Shown here: in pieces, positions 40,792 through 50,601 of the stretch
Layout of the letters: the number at the start of each line of letters is the position of its first letter
Position numbering within the stretch: position 1 is the stretch's first letter
Program-made: the position numbers and the translations under genes
The notes under the pieces: model-generated
Seen by the model: only the letters and a program-made list of their open reading frames with translations
Database searches by the model: none
What the model was told of the DNA's origin: nothing
From: Gemmatimonadota bacterium
Lineage (GTDB): Bacteria > Gemmatimonadota > Gemmatimonadetes > Longimicrobiales > Gaopeijiaceae
DNA length: 64,000 nt
Assembly (NCBI GenBank): GCA_039589315.1
Contig: JBDHHQ010000012.1
Span: forward strand, 54,927 to 118,926
Reading direction: 5' to 3'

Positions 40792-41433
40792 ATGAAAAGG
40801 GTGGGGGGTTCGATTCTCACAACGGGGCTCGTTGCGGTCCTGTCATCATGCTATCCAGGCGAGATCTCCAACGTCGGGGAAACCGACCTGATCACGACCG
40901 GCGCGCGACCGGAATACCCGTTCGCGAAGAAGACGTACTTCATGCCGGACACGGTCTTCTACATCCAATCCGACTCGATGGCGCCCGACACGTTCGACCA
41001 CGCCTTCGACAGCGACATCCTCGCCTCGGTCCGCACCGGGCTCTCCGGTTATGGATACACGGAGCTACCGGAAAGCGCAGACCCGGAGACGGCCGACCTG
41101 CTGGTCCTCAACGCGGTCGCCATCAACGTGAACGTGTCGATCTGGACCTGGTGGCCCGGATACTATCCACCCTATTGGGGCTGCTGCTATGGCGGTTATC
41201 CCTGGTGGCCGGTTACCGGAGGGACCGTCTGGAGGAGCGGAACGGTCGTCACGCTGATGAAGGATCCCTCGCTCGAGGTCGTGGGTGACGACGGCGGCGA
41301 GGTCTGGGCGGGATTGATGAACGGTCTGGCCGAGGGTAGCGAAGCTTCGACGCGGTCCCGGATCACGAGTGGGATCGCCCAGGCGTTTTCGCAGTCGCCC
41401 TACCTGGCCGGCGGCACGCCCGCACCGAACTGA
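40792..41433 (+). CDS. DUF4136-like lipoprotein
   Basis: LSSC lipobox; W/Y/G-rich segment; GTVV...VWAG..NG, QAFSQSPYL. Confidence 0.8.
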   Translation: MKRVGGSILTTGLVAVLSSCYPGEISNVGETDLITTGARPEYPFAKKTYFMPDTVFYIQSDSMAPDTFDHAFDSDILASVRTGLSGYGYTELPESADPETADLLVLNAVAINVNVSIWTWWPGYYPPYWGCCYGGYPWWPVTGGTVWRSGTVVTLMKDPSLEVVGDDGGEVWAGLMNGLAEGSEASTRSRITSGIAQAFSQSPYLAGGTPAPN

Positions 41434-41465
41434 ACGACGTCAGGAACACACTCAAAGGAGATGGG

Positions 41466-42068
41466 ATGATGAGAGCGATTCTGGTTGCTCTGGCCCTGGT
41501 CCTGGCGTCGTCCGGAGAGGCGAAGGCGCAGGACTGGTGGTGGCAGTTCTCATACAACATGGGCACCCCCGGTGGGAGTACCACCGACTACATCAGTAAC
41601 TTCAGCTTCAGGGGCATCGGCTTCCAGGGCCGGAAGATGATGGACTTCCAGAACACCTGGTCGCTGGGCTTCGACCTGAGCTGGCAAGTGTTCAACGAGG
41701 AGAACTCCGGGACGACCGTCGTCGACGAGGAGCTCCGGTCCGCAATCACGGGAACGGCGTTCAAGTACATCAATGCGTTCCCAATTCTGGCCAACGCCCA
41801 CTACTACATCGGCAATCGCCAACGAGGTAGCACGCTCGGATTCGTTGGAATCAACGCCGGTCTGTATTACATCGAGCGACGGACCGAGGCAGGGCTGTAC
41901 GCCCTGACCAGCGACAACTGGCACTTCGGCGGCGCTCCGGAGGTGGGTATCGCCTTCCCGGCGGGGCGCACGGTACTGACGGGCACGGTGCGCTACAACC
42001 TGACGGCGAAGGCAGGCGATCAGGACTATCAGTTCTGGACGTTCGCCGTGGGGATCGCGTCCAGGTAG
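41466..42068 (+). CDS. Outer-membrane beta-barrel protein
   Basis: Signal AKA-QD; WHFGGAPEVG; amphipathic strands. Confidence 0.8.
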   Translation: MMRAILVALALVLASSGEAKAQDWWWQFSYNMGTPGGSTTDYISNFSFRGIGFQGRKMMDFQNTWSLGFDLSWQVFNEENSGTTVVDEELRSAITGTAFKYINAFPILANAHYYIGNRQRGSTLGFVGINAGLYYIERRTEAGLYALTSDNWHFGGAPEVGIAFPAGRTVLTGTVRYNLTAKAGDQDYQFWTFAVGIASR

Positions 42069-42184
42069 CACCGGTCCAACGGGACGGACTGCCGAACCGG
42101 TGGCACGGAAGCGGCGGGAGGGTGACCTTTCGCCGCTTCCTCGTGTCCTCGGGCCATTCTGACGCCGTGTGGATTGCGGAAATC

Positions 42185-42351
42185 CTAGTGTGGTGCTGCA
42201 AAAGTCGTGATGCTATTCGAGAGCCACTGCATCCCGCCCGGCGGCGTTGCGGTTCCTCCCAATAGGGCTGCTATTCCTCGTCTCCGCGCCTTGCCGGTTC
42301 GGGCGCATCGGCCCTCTCGGTAGCTACCAGACTTCTGCATCACCACACTAG
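42185..42351 (-). mobile_element. MITE-like non-autonomous element, copy 2
   Basis: CTAG-TGTGGTGCTGCAAAAGTC ... GACTTCTGCATCACCACA-CTAG (16/18 TIR match, CTAG on both sides). Confidence 0.82.
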
Positions 42352-44168
42352 AGCCCCACCCTCCGCACCAGCTCGTCGAACCGGGGATCGTCCCTCAGTG
42401 GATCGAAGGCGGGATCCGCCCTCAGGTGTGTGATCCAGGGGTCTCGCCGCTCCAGTCCGGTGTCCAGCCACCGGAACGCTGCGTCAGGCTCGCCGAGCCA
42501 CCCGTACGCCAGCGCCAGTCGGACCGCCAACACGGAGGACTCACGGTCTTCGGCCTCCAGGCGTCGGAGGAGCTCCCGGGCCTCCGTATCCCGCGCCGCC
42601 GCAGCGAGGGCCACGGCCAAGGAGGCTTCGGCAAGCGCGCCCTGACCGCCCGCCACCGCCTTCCGGTGCGCCGCGATGGCCTCGTCGAGGCGGCCCGCTT
42701 CCCGCAGGGCCCACCCGAGCAACTCGTAGGTGACCGGCGAGTCCGGGAAGCGCTCCTGGGCGGTTTCGAACTGCCGGATGGCGTCGTCGAAGCGGCGCGC
42801 CATGTAGTAGCTGACCCCGAGGGCCACGTGCGACGCCACCGAGAGCACATCCTGCCCCAGGGCCTCTTCGGCCTGTTGGATCGCCTCGCCGGACCGGCCC
42901 ATGACCTCGAGGAGTTGGGCGTACCACTGTCGGGCGGCGGCGTATTGGGGTTGTAGCGACAGAGCTCGAAGGAACTCCTCCTCGGCTCCGGCGAAGTCCC
43001 ACTCCCAGTCCGACTTGACGTTGGCCAGGGCCGCGTGGGCCTCAGCGCTCGTGGGGTCCAGGCGCAGCGCGGCCTCGGCCATGTCGCGGGCCTGCCGATA
43101 GGCGACGCTCGGGACTTCGGAAAGCGTGATCGCGCGCGACGTGTGGACGATGGCGAGGGCGGAGTATGCCTCCGCGAACCCCGGATCCATCCCGATGGCG
43201 CGCTCGTAGTGGCCGATCGCCTCCTGGAGCCCGGCGGGAGATCGATCGGCGGTCGCCGCGCGGCCTCGCAGATACTCGGTGTACGCGGCCGGGTCGTCCG
43301 TCGAGACTTCCACGACGCGAGCGCCACCTCCACCCGAGAACCGAAGGGCCAGCCCCTCGATGACGCCGCGTGCGATTCGGTCCTGAATGTCGAACACGTC
43401 GGTGAAGTCGCCGTCGTACTGATCCGACCAGAGCGTCGATTCGTCGGCTGTTGACACCATGGAGACCGTCACTCGAACCCGATCACCGCTTCGCTGCACC
43501 GTCCCCTCGAGGATGTACGCGACGCCCAGGCGCTCGCCGGCCGTTCGCGCGTCTTCGCCCCGGAGCCTGAAGGACGAGCTGCGGGCGGCGATCCGCAGCC
43601 CTTGGGCCTTGGACAGCGCCGTCAGGATCTCTCCGGCGATGCCGTCGCCCAGGAACGTCAGGTCCTCGTCGCTGCTCAGTGCGTCGAAGGGAAGGACTGC
43701 CATGCTCCTCGGTGGCACGGCGCGGGGCTCGGGGGTAAGGGCGGCGGGTGTGCCGTTCGTTGGGGCAGTCGGACCTTCGTCGTTGGGACGGGCCAGCAGA
43801 TACCAGTAGGCGCCACCCCCCACGATGGCCAGGCTCAAGACCACCCCGCCCAGCTTGTAGCCCAGCGGGGTGCGAGGAGCCGAGCCTCCCGCCGGGTCGG
43901 GTTGGACGCCCTCGGTCGTGATATCGAAGGCCCACGCCAGGATCAGGGCGACCGGAAAGCCCAGGAGCACCAGGACCACGAGCAGCTGGAACACCCATTC
44001 CGGCACCCCGAGAGTCGGCAATACCAAGTCGGCACCTTCCAGGATCGCGAAGGTGGCCACCGCATAACCGGCAGCCACCCGGTAGACCTTCCGCCGCTTC
44101 AGCTCCGTGAGGAAGGTGCGGAGCGGGGACTCGGGGGGCACCGGCGCCGGAGGAGGAGGCTCGTTCAT
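42348..44168 (-). CDS. Membrane protein with TolB-N/FlgO-like domain and TPRs (adenylate-cyclase-associated type)
   Basis: ELKRRKVYRV, 3 TMs, SMAVLPF, ARSSSF, ILEGTVQRSGDRVRV, TPRs, DPLRDDPRF. Confidence 0.85.
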   Translation of the reverse strand: MNEPPPPAPVPPESPLRTFLTELKRRKVYRVAAGYAVATFAILEGADLVLPTLGVPEWVFQLLVVLVLLGFPVALILAWAFDITTEGVQPDPAGGSAPRTPLGYKLGGVVLSLAIVGGGAYWYLLARPNDEGPTAPTNGTPAALTPEPRAVPPRSMAVLPFDALSSDEDLTFLGDGIAGEILTALSKAQGLRIAARSSSFRLRGEDARTAGERLGVAYILEGTVQRSGDRVRVTVSMVSTADESTLWSDQYDGDFTDVFDIQDRIARGVIEGLALRFSGGGGARVVEVSTDDPAAYTEYLRGRAATADRSPAGLQEAIGHYERAIGMDPGFAEAYSALAIVHTSRAITLSEVPSVAYRQARDMAEAALRLDPTSAEAHAALANVKSDWEWDFAGAEEEFLRALSLQPQYAAARQWYAQLLEVMGRSGEAIQQAEEALGQDVLSVASHVALGVSYYMARRFDDAIRQFETAQERFPDSPVTYELLGWALREAGRLDEAIAAHRKAVAGGQGALAEASLAVALAAAARDTEARELLRRLEAEDRESSVLAVRLALAYGWLGEPDAAFRWLDTGLERRDPWITHLRADPAFDPLRDDPRFDELVRRVGL

Positions 44169-44271
44169 ACAAAGGAGGTCGAACGGAGCTTCCGGCGACC
44201 GTGCCCTACGTGGGGGCGGCCGCGAGCCGAGTCGACGGGTCCGAGGTAGCGGCTGCCGACCGATGCGTGCG

Positions 44272-46368
44272 TCAAAACAGTCCGCTCGTATAGAAGTGAA
44301 TCCGGATGTCGTCGCCCCCCTGGATCCCCCAGGCGACGTCGGTCCGGAAGACGCCGTCGAGTAACGACAAGCCCAGTCCTACGGACATCAAGCCCTTCTC
44401 CTGGAAGAGCTTCGACGGCTCTCCCGACCATCCGGCATCCAGGAAGCTGACTACCCTCATGGCCGGCAGCGCGGTGCCCACCTCGGCCTTGAGCAGGAAG
44501 TACGCCTTGCCACTGGCCGCGTTGCGCTGGAATCCACGTACGGTCTTCCTGCCGCCCAGGTGATAGAGCCGTTGCGTCGGCACGTCGCCCATGGCGCGGC
44601 CGGCGGCCACCCGTCCCGCCGTGGCGAGCCCAGGCGCCGGCTGGCCCACCAGGTCCAGCTGCAGCTCGATGTCCCGGTACTGGAAGTCCCCCAGAGCCCA
44701 CTCTCCGGCACCCCTGAGCACGGCCAATCCCCTCTGGGGATCGTCGCCCCATTGCAGGCGTGCCTGGGCCCTGAGCCCGTAGACCTCACCCTCATCGGCC
44801 ACCAACTCGGACGACTCCGCCTGGGCCTCGTCCTCGCCGGTCCCGAACAGGGAGAACGTGGTCAGGCTCGGCGTGTCGTCATGACGCTCGCCGAAGACGT
44901 CGGCGCTCCAGGTCAGCGGCCGGTTCTCCCCGCCGATCGACACCGACGCTCCGGTGGCCAGGAAGTAGTTGCCGTCGTCCTGTCCGAAGAGCAAGGCCTC
45001 GAGCGAATTCCAGATTCCCAACGGCGCCTCCCAGCGGTTCGCGTCCTGCAACTGGGAATACGCCTGTGCAGACCACCAGATCGGACGGAGTTGGCGGCGG
45101 AATTCCAGGCTGCCCGTCGGCTGGAAGGAGGTCGTCGCAACGCGAAACTCGCCGGTAAGCGTCTCGCGCGAGCCCATGGGATACGGGTACTCGATCCCCA
45201 GGGACAGGCCCTGCACCTGGTTGAAGCGGATGCCTCCCAGGACCGACATCCCCGCCTGTTTGAGCGTGGGTGGTGGCGGTCTCGACACGACCCGATCGAG
45301 CTCCCTGAGGAACGGATTGAGGGCGCGCCTGGGCACGGTGAAGTCCCATCCGGCGGAAAGGGGCGGTGGGACGTACGTGGCCCTGACGCTGTCCGGCAGC
45401 GGTACCGCTCGGTTCGCCAACGGCGCGATGCGGTCCCGAGATCGCTCGGCGGTCCATTCCATGCGGACGGGCATGGAGAATGCGTTTCCGAGCCACCGGA
45501 GGCTCCCTTCAGTGATCGCGCGGGAGGGATACGCCCGACCGCCAGGGTCCACGCGAAACTCCACCACCAGATAATCCACCGAGCCCCTGGCGTTTCTCGG
45601 CAAGAGGGGAACGTCCGCGAGGGGGCCACTGAGACCCGCCGAGAGATCCCAGGCGCCGTCCGGCCGGCCCACGAAGCGGATCAAACGATGGCTCGAAGCG
45701 TCGAACCAGAGGATGCCCGTGAACCCTCTCATGTCGGACCGGGGGGAGAACGCCACGCCGATCAGTGTGGTGGGCTCCGGGAGCTCCACACGGATCGTGT
45801 CCGTCCCTCGATAGCGGTATGTGAGGGAAGCCTCCGGGGCGATTGGATCGGCGAAAGTCTCGCCCAGGACCCGGATCTGTCCCGCGCCCGTGTAGATCAG
45901 CTCCTGGTTGGCGACTTCTTCCAGGTACAGATCCACCACGCCCAGAAACGCACGTTCCTCCTCCGGGTCCAGGGCCACGATCCCCTCCGACTCGAGGGAC
46001 GCGTCGCCCACCATCGGGCTTCCCCGGGCGCTGGCCACCAGGTCGAGCTCGGTCCGCCCGCCGGGGTGTAGCTGGAAGAGGGCCGCCTGCTCGCGGCGGA
46101 AGAGGCTGCGGTCACGCCAGAGCCACTGATCCGGGACTTCGAGCCCGACACGGATCCGGTGGGCGAGGACGAGCTGCAGACCCGATTGAATCAGGTGTCG
46201 ACGGTCCTCCCAAGCGGGAACGACGAGCTCCCTGGAGAGCGCATCAGCGAAGGTATCGGGAGGAGGAGGGGGAAGCTCCTGCGCAGTCGCGCCAGAGTGT
46301 GGAGGGAAGTGCAGCAGGAGCGTTACGAGGACGACCATCGGGGCGGGCCTCCGACCGGCGTCCATCAC
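44272..46368 (-). CDS. Large outer-membrane beta-barrel protein
   Basis: Signal ATA-QE; RFNQVQGLSLG; LGG..TVRGF (Omp85-like RGF), FLDAGW, terminal F. Confidence 0.7.
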   Translation of the reverse strand: MMDAGRRPAPMVVLVTLLLHFPPHSGATAQELPPPPPDTFADALSRELVVPAWEDRRHLIQSGLQLVLAHRIRVGLEVPDQWLWRDRSLFRREQAALFQLHPGGRTELDLVASARGSPMVGDASLESEGIVALDPEEERAFLGVVDLYLEEVANQELIYTGAGQIRVLGETFADPIAPEASLTYRYRGTDTIRVELPEPTTLIGVAFSPRSDMRGFTGILWFDASSHRLIRFVGRPDGAWDLSAGLSGPLADVPLLPRNARGSVDYLVVEFRVDPGGRAYPSRAITEGSLRWLGNAFSMPVRMEWTAERSRDRIAPLANRAVPLPDSVRATYVPPPLSAGWDFTVPRRALNPFLRELDRVVSRPPPPTLKQAGMSVLGGIRFNQVQGLSLGIEYPYPMGSRETLTGEFRVATTSFQPTGSLEFRRQLRPIWWSAQAYSQLQDANRWEAPLGIWNSLEALLFGQDDGNYFLATGASVSIGGENRPLTWSADVFGERHDDTPSLTTFSLFGTGEDEAQAESSELVADEGEVYGLRAQARLQWGDDPQRGLAVLRGAGEWALGDFQYRDIELQLDLVGQPAPGLATAGRVAAGRAMGDVPTQRLYHLGGRKTVRGFQRNAASGKAYFLLKAEVGTALPAMRVVSFLDAGWSGEPSKLFQEKGLMSVGLGLSLLDGVFRTDVAWGIQGGDDIRIHFYTSGLF

Positions 46369-46393
46369 GATGCGCGCAGGGCCCTCGTTGGGC

Positions 46394-46588
46394 TCAACGC
46401 GGGCCCGCCGCCTCGGCGTCGTGGGTGAGTAGGTCGAACCACACCCACTTGCCCACGTGACGCTCGCCAGTTGGCTGGGGTGTGATGGGGGGAACGGTGT
46501 AGGTCGGGCCGCAGGCGCTCAGCAGAGCCAGGCCGAGGACGGTCGACGCGACGCCGGGCAGAGCCGCAACCCGAAGCGGCTGGCCCAT
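46394..46588 (-). pseudogene. Truncated VOC/glyoxalase-family lipoprotein remnant
   Basis: LLSAC lipobox, then GKWVWFDLLTHDAEAA and a premature TGA. Confidence 0.6.
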
Positions 46589-46740
46589 CCACTTACCGGT
46601 AACCCTCGCCAGTAGATGTCCTGCGCGCCCGCTGCCCCTCGGACCGCCCGGGCGCACCGCTCCCGGATCCGCGCACAGGTGCGGAGGGACCGTTGCTCCG
46701 ACGGTGGTCCGGGCCCGGCGCCCCAGGGGTCGGGCCATGG

Positions 46741-47199
46741 CTAGTGCTCCACCTCCAGCACCTCGGGCCTCAGAACCTCCAGCACGTAGTAGGCCGCGCC
46801 GTCGATCTCCCGTGGTGTGATCCCCGCTACGCCCCACGTGGGCATCCCCGACTCGTGGCCCACGAATACCCGGTGCCGCACTGCGTTCAGGCTGTCCGCC
46901 CAGGGCCAGTCGGGCTCCACGAGGCTGGGTACGTCCAACCCTCGCTCACCGGCATAAGGGGTGCCGCCTTCGCCCAGGGTCCCGTGGCAGTTCCGGCACT
47001 TCGCCGCGTACGTCATATTGCCGGCCGTGGACCGGGCCAAGTCGCTTTCCCAGGCGACGGAGTCGAAGAGGGACTCGGAGTAGCGCTCTTCCGCCGCCGT
47101 GACGCGTTCGGCCCGGTCCGGGGGGTCGAAGGTCTTTTCCTTCTTGCAGGCGCTCACCGCGAGCACCGCCGCCAGCGTCAGGGCATGGTACCGCTTCAT
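46741..47199 (-). CDS. Monoheme class I cytochrome c lipoprotein
   Basis: VSAC lipobox; CRNCHG..GEG; GMPTWG distal Met. Confidence 0.88.
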   Translation of the reverse strand: MKRYHALTLAAVLAVSACKKEKTFDPPDRAERVTAAEERYSESLFDSVAWESDLARSTAGNMTYAAKCRNCHGTLGEGGTPYAGERGLDVPSLVEPDWPWADSLNAVRHRVFVGHESGMPTWGVAGITPREIDGAAYYVLEVLRPEVLEVEH

Positions 47200-47570
47200 G
47201 GCCCGCTTCCGTTCTCGTTGGGGCGCAGCAGCGACGCACCGGGAGCCAGCTTCTGAGCCTGCTGGAACGCGGAATCGGCCGCTTCGGTGTTGCCCCGCAT
47301 CGTCTCCGTCATGTAGACGCCGAACCAGCCCGCCGCGAGATCCGGCGCCAGCTCGGTCACCCGCCGGTAGTGACGGACAGCCCGGTCCATGTCCCGTGCC
47401 CGAAAGGCCACGTTGCCGCTGTCCAACTGGGCTACGGTCTCCGGGTCGAGATCAGCCCGCGCTTCCTCGGCAGCCTGCAGGTCGATGGTATCGGTGCGCT
47501 GGTCCTCCGGTGCGCAACCGACCACGGCAACCGCGAGCGCGAGCACCGGCCATCCTGCCCTCCACTTCAT
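47196..47570 (-). CDS. TPR lipoprotein
   Basis: VVGC lipobox; 2 TPR motifs; ATGA overlaps on both sides. Confidence 0.8.
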   Translation of the reverse strand: MKWRAGWPVLALAVAVVGCAPEDQRTDTIDLQAAEEARADLDPETVAQLDSGNVAFRARDMDRAVRHYRRVTELAPDLAAGWFGVYMTETMRGNTEAADSAFQQAQKLAPGASLLRPNENGSGP

Positions 47571-49102
47571 CGTCCGGGCTCCAGGGGATCAGTGAGATGA
47601 CAGGCGAGACATACCGCAGGGTTCCGTTCCTGGGCCCGCCGGGCGTCGAAGTCCGGCCCGTGGGGGCTCACCTGGAAGGCCCCGGTCTGGGAGTGACACT
47701 GTAGGCACTCCCGTTGTGCGTGACACGTCTGGCACGTCTCCAGGTATTGGCGCGCAGCCTGCCCGTGACGGAGAAGCCAGACGGGCTCGGCATCGTGATA
47801 ACCTACCGCAAGGCGTCCTCCGGCGCTCCCCAGGCCCGACTCGACGTGACACGCCCGGCAGAAGACCTCTGTGGAGTGGCAGTTCGCACACTCCATGTTC
47901 CGGCCATACGAGTCCGTCGCGTGCCGCTGGACGAAGTTGGCCTCGTGGAAGGCCGGTGCGCGAGCTTCGTCGTGGCAGTCGTTGCAGAAGGGCGTGGTGT
48001 GGCAGGTAGCGCAGACGCCCTCGTCGGACGACGCGAAGACCGCGTGGTCCGTGAGGAAGAAGCTGGAGGCATGCGACGCCGGTGCCTCGGACTCGATGCC
48101 CACGCCCGGAGCCTGGACCTGCATGCCGACGACAGTGCCGCTGAAGCCGGACCCACCCGTGTCGAAGTGGCAGCTCGCGCAATCGTCCCGGGTGTGGCAC
48201 GTGGCGCACTCGGCTCCGTTCTCCACTGTCTCGTGGTTCTCCAGGAAGCGCCCAGCTTCGTGGGTGGCGGGCGTGGGATAGCGCGCTTCGACCTCGGGGA
48301 GGATCATGTCCGCGGGCGCCGGCGGCAGATCCTCGATCTCGGCCACGACGCCGGCATTCACGTGACAGCTCGCGCAGCGGTCCTGCGTATGGCAGGTGGC
48401 GCAGCGCCCCAGGTCATCCGTGGACCCAGGCCCGTGGACGTCCATCAGGAACGGATCCGCCGGCTCGTGATCCGAGGGCGTCTCCATGTCGGCGATACGC
48501 TCGGTGTCCCAGCCCGTCTCGGCCAACGGGAGGTGGCACGTGGCGCAGGCCCCAACGACGTAGTGGTCGGGCGTCTCGTGCTCGTGGCAGTCGGTGCACG
48601 TCTCGCGTTGGACCCGGAACACCGCCTCCATGCGCCCCATCCCCGGTTCCGAGTGACAGCCGGCGCACTCCAGGGTGGAGTCCTGCTCGGCCATCCGGGT
48701 CCGATGCACCGGGTGCTCGAACTGGAGCTCCGAGCGAACGGGGGGCGCCGACCACTCGACCGGCTCGAGGTCCCGCTCCTCGGCGTTGTGGCACTGGTTG
48801 CACAGATCGGCCCCGGGGAAGAACCCTCCCGTCTCTCCCTCGGGGACACCCTCGTGACACCCCGTGCACAGGGGGAACAGGCCCGCGTGCTCTTCATGAA
48901 GGAAGGGGCGATCCTCTTGAGCCCCGAGCGAGCTGGACGGGCCCATGACCGCTGAGAGGGCCAGCGCCACAGCCAGGGGCCGCCACCGCGCGTTGCGAGG
49001 CGACCCACGGCGCTCGCGGTGCTCCGACGGCCCAATTGTCGGCGGGCCTTCGGAGACGCAGGGGGGCGTCCGGACCAGGGTGCGAGACCGGTCGACCCTC
49101 AT
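47567..49102 (-). CDS. Periplasmic 16-heme c-type cytochrome
   Basis: 16 CxxCH counted; signal ending LGA-QE; ATGA overlap with the porin gene. Confidence 0.9.
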   Translation of the reverse strand: MRVDRSRTLVRTPPCVSEGPPTIGPSEHRERRGSPRNARWRPLAVALALSAVMGPSSSLGAQEDRPFLHEEHAGLFPLCTGCHEGVPEGETGGFFPGADLCNQCHNAEERDLEPVEWSAPPVRSELQFEHPVHRTRMAEQDSTLECAGCHSEPGMGRMEAVFRVQRETCTDCHEHETPDHYVVGACATCHLPLAETGWDTERIADMETPSDHEPADPFLMDVHGPGSTDDLGRCATCHTQDRCASCHVNAGVVAEIEDLPPAPADMILPEVEARYPTPATHEAGRFLENHETVENGAECATCHTRDDCASCHFDTGGSGFSGTVVGMQVQAPGVGIESEAPASHASSFFLTDHAVFASSDEGVCATCHTTPFCNDCHDEARAPAFHEANFVQRHATDSYGRNMECANCHSTEVFCRACHVESGLGSAGGRLAVGYHDAEPVWLLRHGQAARQYLETCQTCHAQRECLQCHSQTGAFQVSPHGPDFDARRAQERNPAVCLACHLTDPLEPGR

Positions 49103-50601
49103 CGGCGCATCCTCCGGCCTCGGTTGCCCGGCTCCGTACCCAGGTCGATGCGGAGGGCGGTCCATCCGCGCACCTGACTCCAGTCTGGCCGTCCGTCCCG
49201 GTTCTCCAGCAGGTTCTGGTAGATGCTGGCTCCCCCATCCAAACGGAGCCGGCGGGCCAGGAGCACGTCGAACACGAGGCCGCCGCCGATGCCGTTCGCC
49301 TCACCCAGCCGGAACTCCTCGATCTGCTGGAACGCGGTGCCGTGAAGGCCGATGGAGAACCGGTCCTGGGGTGCCCAGCGGGCCCCCGCGTCGAACGAGC
49401 TCAGAGAGGCCCCCGCTCCCCGTTCGAGCCGGTAGGTCCCCTCGACCGCCCAAGGTCCGGGGGTCCAGGACACGCCGGTGGCGGCCCGCACGGTCTCGCT
49501 CTCCAGAGGCGTGAGGAACTCGGACACGTTCGTGTCTTCGTACTTCCGGTATCCGCCGGACACCCAAAGTCCGAGGTCCACGTTGGGAGTCCAGGACAAG
49601 CGGCCGTCGACCTCGTTGTAGGCGACCGGGTCGAAGTAGCCCCAAACGGTCCAGAGCTCGAAGTAGGGCCGGTACCGTCGCGCGCCCACCTGAAACAGCA
49701 GTCCGGGTCCCTGCACCGGGAACTCCAGCGTGAGGTGCGCCTTGCCGATCCGGTTGAAGGCCACGTCGTAGTCGGCCGAGCCGGTGATCCGGAGCGGCCG
49801 CAGCCCCGTGCGGAAATCCACAGCCGCCCGCTCTGAGAGGAGGCCCGAGCGATCGGCCCAGATCTCGCGCTGATACCGGAGCGACACCACGCTCCCGGGA
49901 ATGGGCTCGACCTCGGCATACCCGCCGATCAGATAGGCATTCTGATCGATGACCAAATCCTCGAGGGCCCGCAGGGCCTCGTGGCGGGGCTCGTACAGGC
50001 CTCGGGCCAGGCTGCGCCCGCCGTAGACCTCGCCGCGCAGCCAACGTGTGGGCCGCACCCAGGCGCTGCCCCCGTCGTATCCCGAGAAGCCGAGCCCGCT
50101 GGTCGTTCGGAGCCGACCCAGACGAAACCGGTACGAGTCGCGGTTCAGCTCCAGGTAGCCGAGCATGGCGTCGAAGGCGTCGTTGCTCCGGGGCCACTGG
50201 AAGTCCCCGCCGAGCTCCCCCCGGGCGCGCAGCGAGACCGTGGCGCTCAGTCCCTGTACGCCCAATCCCCACGCCGTAGCCGTGGCGTCCTGCGTGAAGG
50301 TGAACGCGTGCTCGACCGGTAAGGCGTCGTAGAAGTAACAGCTACCGTCGGCCACGCAGAACACGCGGCGGCCCTGGTACTCGAATTGGCCGTTGGGCCG
50401 CTGTGTCGCGTCCTCGAAGGGAATGCTGTCGCGGGCCACGGGCCGCATCTGGATGTAGCGGACCGTGGTCGTCAGGTGGCCGCGGACCCCCTGAGCGACC
50501 GCAAGCCGCGGACTACCGAAGGAGACGGTGAGGGCCAGCAGGCCCAGGATCATGCCGGCGTTGCCGCCGTGAAGAAGCCGACACCACGTGCCGGAGCTCA
50601 C
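49099..50601 (-). CDS. Outer-membrane beta-barrel (putative cytochrome-conduit porin)
   Basis: Signal AVA-QG; about 470 aa of amphipathic strands, no heme motifs; overlaps cytochrome genes on both sides. Confidence 0.75.
   Translation of the reverse strand: MSSGTWCRLLHGGNAGMILGLLALTVSFGSPRLAVAQGVRGHLTTTVRYIQMRPVARDSIPFEDATQRPNGQFEYQGRRVFCVADGSCYFYDALPVEHAFTFTQDATATAWGLGVQGLSATVSLRARGELGGDFQWPRSNDAFDAMLGYLELNRDSYRFRLGRLRTTSGLGFSGYDGGSAWVRPTRWLRGEVYGGRSLARGLYEPRHEALRALEDLVIDQNAYLIGGYAEVEPIPGSVVSLRYQREIWADRSGLLSERAAVDFRTGLRPLRITGSADYDVAFNRIGKAHLTLEFPVQGPGLLFQVGARRYRPYFELWTVWGYFDPVAYNEVDGRLSWTPNVDLGLWVSGGYRKYEDTNVSEFLTPLESETVRAATGVSWTPGPWAVEGTYRLERGAGASLSSFDAGARWAPQDRFSIGLHGTAFQQIEEFRLGEANGIGGGLVFDVLLARRLRLDGGASIYQNLLENRDGRPDWSQVRGWTALRIDLGTEPGNRGRRMRR

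Noticed and set aside
46394..46396. Selenocysteine readthrough of the VOC TGA
   Set aside because: Similarity ends before the TGA and the downstream frame does not continue the VOC fold
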